A DNA stretch of 63,038 nt, filler included, from Choristocarpus tenellus KU-1152 (taxonomy: Eukaryota; Protista; Phaeophyceae), in assembly GCA_964200185.2 (NCBI GenBank). It is 14 parts of 14 records of this genome, joined end to end, with 100 filler letters (N's around TTAATTAATTAA, not from the genome) between each part and the next. Parts side by side here need not be neighbours in the genome. Positions count along the whole stretch, not along the records: positions 48,559 to 53,568 come from CAXNAD020012175.1; positions 53,669 to 57,848 come from CAXNAD020015824.1; positions 57,949 to 63,038 come from CAXNAD020011916.1; 11 more parts are not named here. The stretch is one strand, 5' to 3'. This document shows positions 51,960 through 63,038 of this stretch, one piece after another. The first letter of the stretch is position 1; each line of letters starts with the position of its first letter. Below the pieces are notes generated by a model that worked only from the letters and a program-made list of their open reading frames with translations, was not told where the DNA came from and ran no database searches. Both the position numbers and the translations under genes were made by a program.

Positions 51960-52740
51960 AAGCAATACACCAGGAGAATCCAGGACGATTATTCTTGTGT
52001 GTTTGGTTGTATTTCCTTCGTGCTAAGTCGGATGCCGCCGAAGTCTACAAGAAGTACCTGACCGATATCCAGGCTGACGGTACTCCCTCTAGGGTCTTGT
52101 GCATGCGGTCTGATAATGGGGGGGGAATTTTATGAGGGTGCTTTCGGGGCTCTTGCCGTGATCGTGGGATAAGACAGGAGTTTACACCTGCAGACAGCCC
52201 TCAATTTAATGGGGTTGCTGAACGAATGCTGGGTATTATTGATGAAGTTTCATTAGCTGCCCACCTTAATGCTCCACTACTTTTCCCCCATGTCACTATC
52301 CCCAAGACAGACTCTCTATGGGCTGAAGCTCAACACTATGTTTGTGACTTGCTCAATCGCACATCGACCACGGCTAACCCTGGTTGTAAATCACCGTATG
52401 AAATGTGGTATGGCACCCCTGCACCCCTGTTGACCTAGCAATTTCTTCAATTTGGTTTTTGCCGTCTTAGTAAACCCGTCCGTAAGACATTCCAAAAGGC
52501 TCAATGTTGTTTTACCTGGGGTCGGGGATCAATCGCCCCCGTGATGCATACCGTGTTCTTACTTCAACCAGTGCCATGGTTACTACACATAACCTGACCT
52601 GGCTGTCCTCTAAGAAACCCAGTCTTGCCCCAGGAGGAGAGGTTGCCCCTGCTTTGCGAAAGGGGGGGAGGAGCTTGATGCAGACACTCTTTCTGAGAAC
52701 GAGCTCTCCCATCTCAAAGCAGGTGACTCACCCTTAGATG
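51960..52740 (+). mobile_element. degenerate Ty1/Copia integrase fragment (second element)
   Basis: MRSDNGG..., GIRQEFTPADSPQFNGVAERMLG, LWAEA.HYVCDLLNRTST..NPGCKSPYEMWYG. Confidence 0.9.
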
Positions 52741-53053
52741 TACAATCAATTTGTTCATCTCACTCCTACACTTCATCGCTCTCTGACGACTCTTCCTGTA
52801 GCGACGGAATTGAGGACAGGTTTGTTCCAGGTGAGAGGCCGTCCTTTGGTAACAGAGGAGACGCTTTGAATAATGATCCTCCCCCTGGTGAAGGGAGCGT
52901 AGGTGAGATTATCAAGGATCTGGTTGTTGAACCTTCCCCTGGCGATGGCGAGGGAGGTCAGGTAACACGAGTTTGTCCAGAGACACTACCCGAGATGGTG
53001 AAGGGAGTGTAGGATATGTCTCATCCTGGGGTTCACAGCACTTGCCTCAGGAA

Positions 53054-53568
53054 GAGCCAAAGAATCTTATAGGTTAGGGCCGCGTCCACTTGGGGACAAA
53101 ATCCAATTTTGTGATTTTGATATAATTTTAGCTATCGTGTTTGTTAGGAAGTGTCATTATCCTCGTTCCCGACACACCTTTTCATAATGTATACATTTTA
53201 GAGAGAAAGTATTTTAGAGGGTACGAGTTTTGCCTCGTTTGTCCATTTGGGCCTTGGCTTCCCATGGACTCTTTTATGACATTTTTCCTTCTCCAAAATG
53301 TTTAGGGCGTAAAATGTATACACTTTATATGAAGGTGTGTCCGGAACATGGATATTGATACTTCCGAACAAACACGATAGTCAAAATTACACCCAAATCG
53401 CAATATTGACTTTAGGCCTCCAAATGGACGCGGCTCTACCCTCTAAGGTACTTTGGCTCTTACCTACTCCGAAAAATTTTGAAGTAAGAAAATGTAATAA
53501 AAAAACCCAAGGGAAGTCAAGCCCCAAATGGACAAACAGGGCAAAACTCGTACCCTCTAAGATACTTT
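53054..53568 (+). mobile_element. MITE family R1, outer copy interrupted by a second copy
   Basis: 53054-53200 plus 53463-53568 rejoin to an intact R1. Confidence 0.9.
53201..53459 (-). mobile_element. MITE family R1, nested inverted copy with TTA duplication
   Basis: tta|gagagaaagtattttagagggta ... taccctctaaggtactttggctc|tta. Confidence 0.92.
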
Positions 53569-53870
53569 NNNNNNNNNNNNNNNNNNNNNNNNNNNNNNNN
53601 NNNNNNNNNNNNTTAATTAATTAANNNNNNNNNNNNNNNNNNNNNNNNNNNNNNNNNNNNNNNNNNNNTATACCGCATGGTTGTCTCTGCCCCCTTACCC
53701 TTCTCCTTCTACCTCCCTCATTTCCTCCCTGGCTTTTCTACTAAACCTGGAGCATATCCCCCCCCTCTTAGCTTCACCAGACAAACACAAACAAAAAAAT
53801 TGACACACAAGACAAACAAAACCAAGTTCTCAACATGTAAAAGCACATGCCGCGCAGACCACCACATGAG

Positions 53871-56293
53871 TCAGGTCACCAGGCCTCTTGAGCTCCCCTC
53901 ACCAGACATCACAGGGTTCACGCCCCTACTCACACTGACCCGGAGGGACAAGTAGCTGTCCAGCTCAGCGCGCAGACGCCCAGCTACAGCCAGCTTCTTG
54001 TCCAACATACCTTCCATTTCTTGAACATATGACAGCAGGGCAGCCGGTCGGCGGTCTCCATCTGCAGTGTTTACCAGGTCCATCTCCCTCCTCGCAACCA
54101 GGAGAGCGCTTCGTACTTCGTCCCTGTGGGCTGCAATGAGTCGAACAGCCTCTGCAGTCCTAATCTGCAAACCATCTCCTGCCCCTGCACCCCCCCCGTG
54201 GCCATCCTCAGGACCACCCCCTCCCCCAGCTCTAACGCCAGTTTCAGCCTGTGCTCCAGGCCTTTCGACAGGATTGGTTCCAGAGCGAGTTCCAGTTCCA
54301 GTTCCAGGTCCAGGTCCAGTCCAAGCACCAACCCCACTATCTGCGTCTGAACCAGTTGAAACTTTTGTTCCAGGCTTAGACCCAGCTCCGCTCAGACCTG
54401 CCTCCCTGGATGAGGTCTCTCGGCCTGCTGCCTTCATGTCAACCCCCTGGAATTGCCTGTTAAGGGATGAAGACCTCCCATTCCTGCGCTGCAATTCACG
54501 GCCTGATTCTGATGGCCCCAAGATGTGGCCCTTCAACCTTCCAATGCCCTTGCTCCAACTAGGCCTTTCACCCTTCTGTGCTATCCTCTCCACGGAGGCA
54601 CTTTTTGCTTCCTGCCTTAAGGATGCCCTCACCCCTCCAATCGCACTTCCAGGTAGAAGGGAGGAACTGCTACCCTTCCTTCCCAGACCCCCCTCCCCCC
54701 TCGTTTGGCCTCCCCTGCTATGTGGAGACTCTTGCCCTGTTTGAGCACCTGACAGACTAGGTGGCACAGTTGACGATCTTGCAGGTGGGAACTGTGATCT
54801 AGGTGAAACAGAATTGGCATCCGGATTGCGTTTCCTATCAGTGGTGAGTTTGATTGAGGAGCTGCTGCTTCTCCTTCTAACAACACTCCTTCGGGATGTA
54901 ACCTCTGGAGTTGGACCCTGCTGCTCCAAGCTCTGCGGCACAGTTTTTCCATTGGACTTTGAGTGGTAGCCACCATTGCCCGTGCCAGTGCTCACAGACA
55001 GATTGCTGACCTTTTTCTGTGCTCTGCAGCTAGTGTTTGCGGTTTCTGCTCCACTGACTGGGGAATGGCGTGTAGGCCGAGTCTTGGAGCCTTGAGTCAA
55101 TGCAGTCGTCCATGTTACATCTGGAGTGGGATGTCCACCATCTCCAGTTTTTGTTGACACACGAGCTGATCTTCGTCTCACGAGTGGCCCTGGCGCTGAC
55201 AAGGACGGGGGGGGGTGCCCTTGCAACGTCGTCGAGGGCGAAGTTACCATTGAGGAGGACGCAGCACGTACGTGGCGGGTAGGTTGTGATGCCTTTGCCC
55301 GATTTGGTGCACGGTTAAGCCCTCCAGTGACTGGTTCTGGTGGGGAAATTCTCTGTACATGATTGCGGGGCTTTTCATGGTGATTTGAATACGCACTGGT
55401 CGGTTGCGCGTGCGCTACTTCTTGACCCCTAAAACCTGTAATGGACCTATCCTGTGATCCAGCGACCACCGCACGAGAAATGGAAGGCTTGTCCCCTTGT
55501 CGTGCTGCTCTGGATTCTTCCTTGAGTGTCCGCAATGCCTCGGCCAGGGGCTCCTTTTGTTCACCACTTCCGTGAGGAGTCCTTGTCCGTTGGTGAGAAG
55601 TTGGGCGCTGTGATGTGGTACCTCCCGACCCAACCGTTGAGGACCTCGTGGTTCGTTCTCCTTCATCCCCCAGCAGAACTTTCTCACCACACAATTCCTT
55701 GGTAGGATGATCCTCCCTATCATCCTTTCCCGATTTTCTTAATGCCCTTCCTCTGTTTCTGGTTGACTTGGGACCTTCCCAAGAGGCAGCATCCGGCCCT
55801 CGTGTTGCATCCATATCAGACCCGTCTTCCTTCGTCTTTTTCCCATCGGAGTCTCTTGATTTGGAGTTCTCGCCCTTGTTGAGAGCTATGCATACTCTCT
55901 GGACCAGGTAGAAAAGCTGCGAAGCGGTGCAATTGATGGTGACATCAGGCACATACTAGACAAGAGAGGTTGACAGAAACACATCCATCACTCTTCCCAT
56001 GCCTCCCAACATGCAACCTTGAACATGAACATGAACAAAGCAAATAATAGGATCTCTATATCTAAGGATAGTAGCCGCAAGGGGGGATAAAGGAAGGGAC
56101 AAATGACTACCCAGGAACCTTCTGCAGATCCTCCCACCTTCTTCCTGTCGTTGGGATCAATCACACCCAACTCATCGAAGTCGTATAGAGAGAGCTGAGC
56201 GAGTTCATCGGGTGAGCTAATACCCTGAGTTTTAAAGGATACGATTGCATAGCCCAACCCAATCCCTGCAAGCCATGTCTCTACGAGTCCCAT
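53871..56293 (-). CDS. SAM-domain protein with a kinesin-13-like coiled-coil; no motor domain in the visible sequence
   Basis: exon 56293-56138 spliced to an exon starting 55916 completes a SAM domain (WLAGIGLGYAIVSFKTQGI..LAQL...DELGVIDPNDRKK|LFYLVQRV); LIAAHRDEV..REMDLV..SYVQEMEGMLDKK near the end; either stops at 53871 or splices at donors after 53940 or 53934. Confidence 0.8.
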
Positions 56294-57948
56294 GTCGTCT
56301 CTTGGCTAGAATGTCCGTTAAAGGGTAGCAGGGAGACCAACCAATCTCGGCCCAATTGCTCCACGGATACAAGGCCGTACACCCACTGCGGAAAAAGCGT
56401 ACCCCCACTATCTAATAAATTTATACGGGGGGGGCTTGCTGTTTCTCAGCCCTCCCCCGACGTCCCTCGCCGTCTATACCTTATACCTTCTGGTTGCTTT
56501 GAAGTTTTTTCGTGTTCACTTTTGCTTCAAAATGGAATGGTCGAAACTGCTGTATGATGCAGGGAGGCGTTTGCGTATAATATTTTCAAATACTTCACCA
56601 TCAATGGAACGAATGTAGCAAATAAAATGATATTATAAAATCCTCAATATATGAGATTAAGTTCTACGTAACCCATCTTCTCCCTACTACTATACGTGCA
56701 TCCATTGATAAATGATGGATGAAAGGATCAAGTCTCTCAATATCGCATATCATACATTAACCCTCTTGTACCTCTTTCCTCTTAGTTGTAAGATATGTCA
56801 TAATACATTGTTGTACACAATATTTGTTGTATGGAATGATGAAATGTTTTTTGGATTGGAAGGACTGGTGGATGTGATAGTGAATCTTGTTTTTTTTCAT
56901 ATTCCTTTTATACCATTTCCTATTTCTATCTCTGATCTTGCATACTAGAACCTGGCGACCTTTACGACGTTTTATTAATGACGTCCTACCGAACTATGAT
57001 TGGATGTATAGTAGGTAAATCATTCCGTGTGTTTGTGTCTTGACCAGAACCTTCTTGCTACCAAACCTCACCTGCCTTACAACTTCCAAGTAGTCTTTCT
57101 CTTTCTTTTCTTCCATACGATCTTTGTAGGTATCGCTACATGCCCAGCGGTAAAATATCTCTATCTTCAGAAACCCATACCCCCTTCATTACACTGTATT
57201 TACTCCAACCATTGTTTGATCAACATTTTTGAGATGGTTAACTCCAAATATGATTTATTGTTTTGATGCTGTCAAGAAGGACTCTAGACTGTGAAGTCTC
57301 TTTTACACTATGGCATTTCCTGTTTGATCACTTTCAATGTCTAAATTAGGTACAGACCCCGCAACTACAGATCACTGTGTTGTAGTCTGATCCATCAAAT
57401 TTTGCTCAGGTAAACCATGGACCTCCCTGGCATTGCCTGCCCCTTCTACCCCAGCACAACAAACCCCTGCTACCTAGGCCCATAGTCCCCCATGTTATCA
57501 TTCCTCCTGGAGCAGCTCATCCCTGCATCCAAATCACAGCCCCCTCTGTGCCAGTCCTACTGATGCAGCTGGAGTGTCGCGTCTGCTAGGTGGTGAGATT
57601 CTTCTTCTTTTCTCTCGGGTACAGACCACACAGCCCCCTCCTAGGTTCCCTTTCCCCAAATATCAAGGTTGCGTAATGGCATATATTCTTCATCTCTTCT
57701 GCCCCCACCAAAAAGACAGACCACCCACAAACAGGTTTACCCAAGTGCACAAGCCCCATTGTTTCTTTCCTCCTGAGACTGTTGGAGAACAATGAATACT
57801 AACTGGTGGAGTTTCTGTTACAGGCGCCCCTCAATGCTCACCTTCCAGNNNNNNNNNNNNNNNNNNNNNNNNNNNNNNNNNNNNNNNNNNNNTTAATTAA
57901 TTAANNNNNNNNNNNNNNNNNNNNNNNNNNNNNNNNNNNNNNNNNNNN

Positions 57949-57975
57949 CCCCCCCCCCCTCAGATACTTTGACCC
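57949..57975. mobile_element. MITE family R2 terminus (contig start)
   Basis: C-run then tcagatactttgaccc. Confidence 0.7.
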
Positions 57976-58404
57976 CCCAACCCTCTACTTTATTCTAATT
58001 TGCTCAAGTCCCTACACGTTAACTAGCAAAACTGATTCAAGATCCATAGTTGAATCAAACCATCGACTCGCTGCTCGCTGATCGTGATGCATGAACCTAC
58101 CTACAACCCTTTCGGTTATGCTATCCTATTCTTTGTTTTACATACAAGTTGGCGTATCTGATATTATACTGGATTTTTCATAGTAGTGTCAGGGACAGGT
58201 CCCTCTTTCGGATCTCCCACACACACACACTGAAGTGGATATGACGCATAGCTATATTTAATTGCACCAACCACGTCATTGAACTTGCCACATCGACCAG
58301 TCCAAATGGTCCGAAGGACTGCCAGAACAAAGATCCGTTACGATTCTGTGTGATACATTTTCTTGCTGTGACATTGCTAAGTCCTTCTGTGACATTTGTT
58401 TTGC

Positions 58405-58589
58405 GGCTCAAAGTATTTGTGTGTGTGTGGGGGGGGGAACTACACCAGGGTGTCCATTCGGGCCCTGACCAGGAGAAGTGAGCTTACATTATCCATCCGA
58501 TGCATGCAACCAAATCACCCCAAAACCACCACATGGAAAAATCGGTCCCGAATGGATAGCCGTCACCCCCCCCCCAGATACATCAAGCC
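58405..58589 (-). mobile_element. MITE family R2, reverse copy
   Basis: ggctcaaagtattt...ctacaccagggtgtccatt...cattatccatccga...ccccagatacatcaagcc. Confidence 0.85.
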
Positions 58590-60447
58590 TTGGATTGGGG
58601 TTTCTGTTCTGTTCCTAATTGCCTCAACTGACCTTGAGATGCTGGGCGAAGACCTGTGAAGCTCGGTCTCGCCCTTTGTGGTGGAAGATTTCAGTCTTGT
58701 GATTGTCATTGTCCTCTTGTGCAGAGAACCATTGAGCCTTAACGCATTCACGGTGGATCTTCCTATGCTTCTTTTTTTGTTGAGCCCATTACAGGATCTT
58801 TTCTCTTCTCCTGTCTCTAATGTGTTGATTACTTTTTGTTTCTTTCTCCCCCTTCGTATTTTTTTTTCTTAATGGCAATAACTTGATTTCCTCAAGACAA
58901 ACCTTGTAATCAGTTTTCGAACTATCGAAGTCATCACTTCAAGAACATGTATGTCATGATATCCCTAACATAGTATCTCCCTTCCCTATCTTCTATAGAT
59001 GAAGTATAATATTGCAACATAAACGTACAGACATTTCACTTACCTCTGGTTTGACCCAAACAAATTGTGAGGTAGGCAGGTTTGGACCCTTTTGCATTGG
59101 AAACTATATTTCTACCCTTTACAGTACACCTTATCTCATTGCTTTGTGTGCACAATAGCGTACGCAGATTTGATGTTCTCCCTCTCCACACACATAGTGA
59201 CGCCACAATTAGGCAATGACCCTTTCCGTAAGGGTACAGAATGGTGTCTTCTTGCCCTTTCTCGGAATTATTGAAATGCAACCTTGCCTACCTCTATATT
59301 GGTTTGTCTCTTTCTCGTCCTTACAAACTATCTACTGGGATTCCCCACACCAAAGTGTTTTCAAATAATTATGTTAAGAATAGTAGAACCACGGTCTGGA
59401 ACTATTATGTTCTTCCTCACCCATTTCTGGATCGGTTTACGTTGCTCCCCATTAATTTAAACAAGGGTTCAGGGTGTAGGCCTTGCGTAGTTTGCCATTT
59501 GGATGCCACACAATATTTTTTTGCTGAGGAATAAGGGTACACAACTGACTCCCCACCACAATATCTTTCTGATCTGTGTTTCCTCATTCTAGGGGATCTC
59601 CTCTTCCAAGCGGGACGGACCACTTTGATCCTTAAACATGCATTTTGTCTGCTGTCCACGGCAACAATAATAGAGGAATTTAGGGAGCTGACAGGTCGTC
59701 TAGAGTTGGGGTCCTACACAACATCTAGTGCAAGTTCCGTACCAGAGTTATGCCACGCTCTGGAAACAATACAGCCATTACCTTCCACCAACTGCCTGGA
59801 GCGGGTACTGGCGACCCATGACATACTGAGATAAACACTTCACAGCGAAAAGGGTTTGCTCATAATCTTTTAACTATGTCAAATAACAAATAACTATTCG
59901 TGTATCACATTACACCCTCCACCCTACCTTTCTACCTTCAGTATGTAATAAATGCACATACTCCTCAAGCATCAAGTCCTTACCCCTTCTACACCTGAGC
60001 CAAAGCAACCACGAAGGGAGTAGAGCAGGATTGTATCAAGGGAAATTCTGACTTTCTGGTGTTCACATGATTTGAAGCAGCTAGCTGTGGGTTACATCTT
60101 GACTGTTTTGTGGCTACCTCTTTTGGTTTGCAGAAGCAAGAGGTACCCTCAGTGACACCCTTTTTTAAATGTCTCCATTTTCACATAAAGTTGAAAAACC
60201 CTTGGAACTCGAAGATGGTCAAACACACCCCCTTTCGGTTACTTTCACTCCCTGCCTGGACTTTCAACGTGACATTGCACCCCTTCTAATAAAATCTGCT
60301 ACCTCAAACGCTTACACCCCTCCCTATCCAACATGTCTTAATAATCATTTGCCTCAAATTCCGACATCACATAACACCTTGTACCAAATTGAATTCCACA
60401 CACATACCCCTCTTGACTATGTGGTTATTCTCCTACACACATCGTAG

Positions 60448-63038
60448 CTTCCCACATGACACTGCACCGTGAGCTTATGCATGTCGTACATGCCCTACCC
60501 CAGCCTGCATTCCACCACAGGGACACATCAATTACAGATGGACCTCCCACCAGATTCGATGGGGTAGATAGAACAACGAGGGCCGGGACTGTTGAGCTTA
60601 GTGAGGGAGAGAAAATCAAGGTATGCAAAGAAAGGGCAGTGAAAAGGGTTGCAGTTCAACACCAATACTTTCAATCGCTTGCGAGGTAGAAATAATAGTG
60701 GAGTATGCTCTACCAACTAACTGACAACATGTCAAGGGGAACGTATGGTGGAGGTATTGGAGAAGTTTTCATACTAAAAAATGAGCGAGCAATAATAATA
60801 CATACCAAAATTTTATGCCTTAGACACTCCACCCAAGCACAACAAGGGTCTACATTCCTGCGACTACCTGTCTCACTACCAGGGAACATCATGCAGCATC
60901 ATACACATACACACTCCACGGTCATCGACTAGCAAGAAGTCCTACTCCTACAGCTGCGTTAACTTCCAACATCACACTACATTATTCACAACAAAGATTT
61001 AGTTCCAATTACGTATCCACAACCACAGTATAGAGTAGTTCTACCCCTTCTCCTATCTCCCTCTTCCAACCAACATCAACATCACACAACACCAACTTGT
61101 TTCCTCTTGAGGCTCTATTCTTAATATTATTTTGGTATTGTTTTGTCTACTTTATTTCTTCTTTTCCTTCTTTAATAGGGATAATATAATGCATACAACA
61201 CATTATTACTAGTATGTATGCCCACAAAAATGTTACCGTAGACAATGATCGTGTTGTTGGATGGGCAGGAATGGTCAACAAACCACATACATAACACATA
61301 CACAATAGACAAATTCGCAATAAGAAAAAAAAATGTCAGATGTCAGAAAAAAATGAATTTCAAAAAAGTAGGGTGGAACTCGACTATCCTACTTCTGCTT
61401 TTTCATATGGTTTCCAGTATAGGTTTGTCTGCAGTTTGCCTGGATCTCTCTCACCCTTCAGGCTGTGTAGTGGACTAAACCTCGCCGCACACCTCAAAAT
61501 TTAACGAACCCACAACGCAACCTTAGCTCAAATCAAGAGCAGAGAACTACCCCAGGCCCCCGCCGACAGTAACATCGGTACCTGAACCTGGACAGGAGCC
61601 AACTGGTTGCTGCGCAAAGATTGTCGGCGCTCGAAAAGACCTGCATTTCGACAAGGGGTCCAGCTACCTGTTGGGCACTGAACCGTAGCCCTGCCAAGGC
61701 AGCGGCACTCTGGAGTCTTGACTATGGTGAGCGTCCCTTTGCGATTTTTAGAGTCGATGCGCCAGTTATTAATTTTGCTCCAAGGATAGAGAGTTTCCTG
61801 AGGGGTAGCTTGCGTCAGTGTGGATGTTTCTGGTGTCAAACCTCGGGAAACCTCGGTCACACCGGATAGGAAAAACCGACACTGCAAAGCAACAGTCAAA
61901 ACACTCGCCATCACTTTGAAAATTAGATGATATCTAAGGTGCTTAGACAATGTTGGTGGTTCCACGTTCCTTATTACTGAGGAAACCAAAGCATTCGCAC
62001 AGGTGTCCCTATTTTTGAGGTGCAGTGCAGCACACACAACCAGCATCCGATACTGCATTTTCGTTATTCATTACGGTAAGACTATGGATGATATCACACA
62101 ACCGAGTGAGCGCCACCTTCATGGATCCCTGGTGGAGGGTGTTCCCGGCTGGATTGGATGTGCCCACGTTTCCCGAATGTTGGGGTTGGGGGTATAGGAC
62201 CAATCTGTCCAATGATCTACTGTACTCCAGAGGGGAACGAGGCAATTTCTCACCTTGAATACTGACTGACGATTCTTTTCTGCGAGTAGGGCGCTCATGT
62301 CCAGGCATGAACTCCTTGCGTTCCTGTGCTCACCTGACAGAAGTCCTTACTGTGCAACTCTCAAGTCGTAGTTGTTTTAGATGTGGAGAAGGCTCCTAAT
62401 TTGACTGGATGGAATCAGGGCTCTCTAACATTCTTATTTCCGTATTTAAGATATTAAAATTGCTGTGGAAAGCATATGGTTTATCGCACAGCAGCCGTAG
62501 TTTGATATTATTGGATTGCGTTTGGATCCATTATCGATATTCTGATCGATTATTATGCTTTTGGGGTTTGGGTGCTGGCCCATAATTGTATTATCGAAAA
62601 AACGTTATTCCAAGCGACTTCTGTACTTCTGTTTCTATTGCATTCCAATGATCTTGCTCATGTCACGAAGAGCAATTACATGACTTACTTACCCCTCTTT
62701 GGATGTATGAGCGGAAACAATCTGCATCAAGTGCTCAAGATTCTCTGTAGGATTTAATAACTTCTCTATCTACCCCTTACCAGGCAGCTCTCAATACATA
62801 TCTACAATGGTGCTTGGGTAAACTGATATGCATCTCTCCCACCCCCGCCCACTGAACCAATCCATCTGACCTATGCCACTACCGTGATCCTTGTTCCTCA
62901 TGTATGCACTTTTTCCCTCCCTTACCCAGGCTGACCCAGAGGCACCGCTGCACTCAGATGAGGAGGAAGAGGAAGAGGATGAGGACGGGGGTGGGGGAGA
63001 GGGAGAGGAGGAGGAGGAGGAGGAGGAGGATGAGGGAG
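60448..63038 (+). CDS. hypothetical protein, two internal exons, the second acidic
   Basis: exon 60448-60620 (donor gtatgc) joins in phase 0 to the exon from 62930 (strong pyrimidine tract): ...EGEKIK|ADPEAPLHSDEEEEEEDEDG; runs off the window. Confidence 0.5.

Noticed and set aside
3150-57948. Recurring TTAATTAATTAA palindrome flanked by Ns
   Set aside because: Identical 100-bp artificial linker joining contigs; ORFs ending in X...LIN are artefacts.
59670-59805. Extra upstream exon for the 60448 gene
   Set aside because: The available donor is phase 0 but the next exon needs phase 1.

Overview
This window is not one locus. It is 14 unrelated fragments of a draft eukaryotic genome joined by an artificial 100-bp linker (44 N + TTAATTAATTAA + 44 N), so neighbourhood across linkers means nothing. 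The DNA is intron-rich (GT-AG introns, short exons), rich in microsatellites and transposon relics, and carries interstitial TTAGGG repeats; a stramenopile, probably a brown alga or relative, is my inference. By splicing exons by hand with consistent phases I recover these partial genes: a TRP-like channel ending in an IQ motif, an EML-like WD40 protein, an NRF-6-like acyltransferase-3, the C-terminus of a BK/Slo-like K+ channel, a Cys/His zinc-finger protein, RFC1, a SAM + kinesin-13-tail protein with no motor domain in view, and several hypothetical proteins. There are also three Copia LTR-retrotransposon relics. Two MITE families (8 copies or fragments each) share one 14-bp terminus and show 3-bp target duplications, and one copy is nested inside another. 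No CRISPR array, rRNA or tRNA was seen. I found no clearly new multi-gene system. The best leads are the paired MITE families, the atypical kinesin-13-like gene, the IQ-tailed TRP channel with a quadruplicated splice donor, and a decayed ParB-like (NGQHR) gene.
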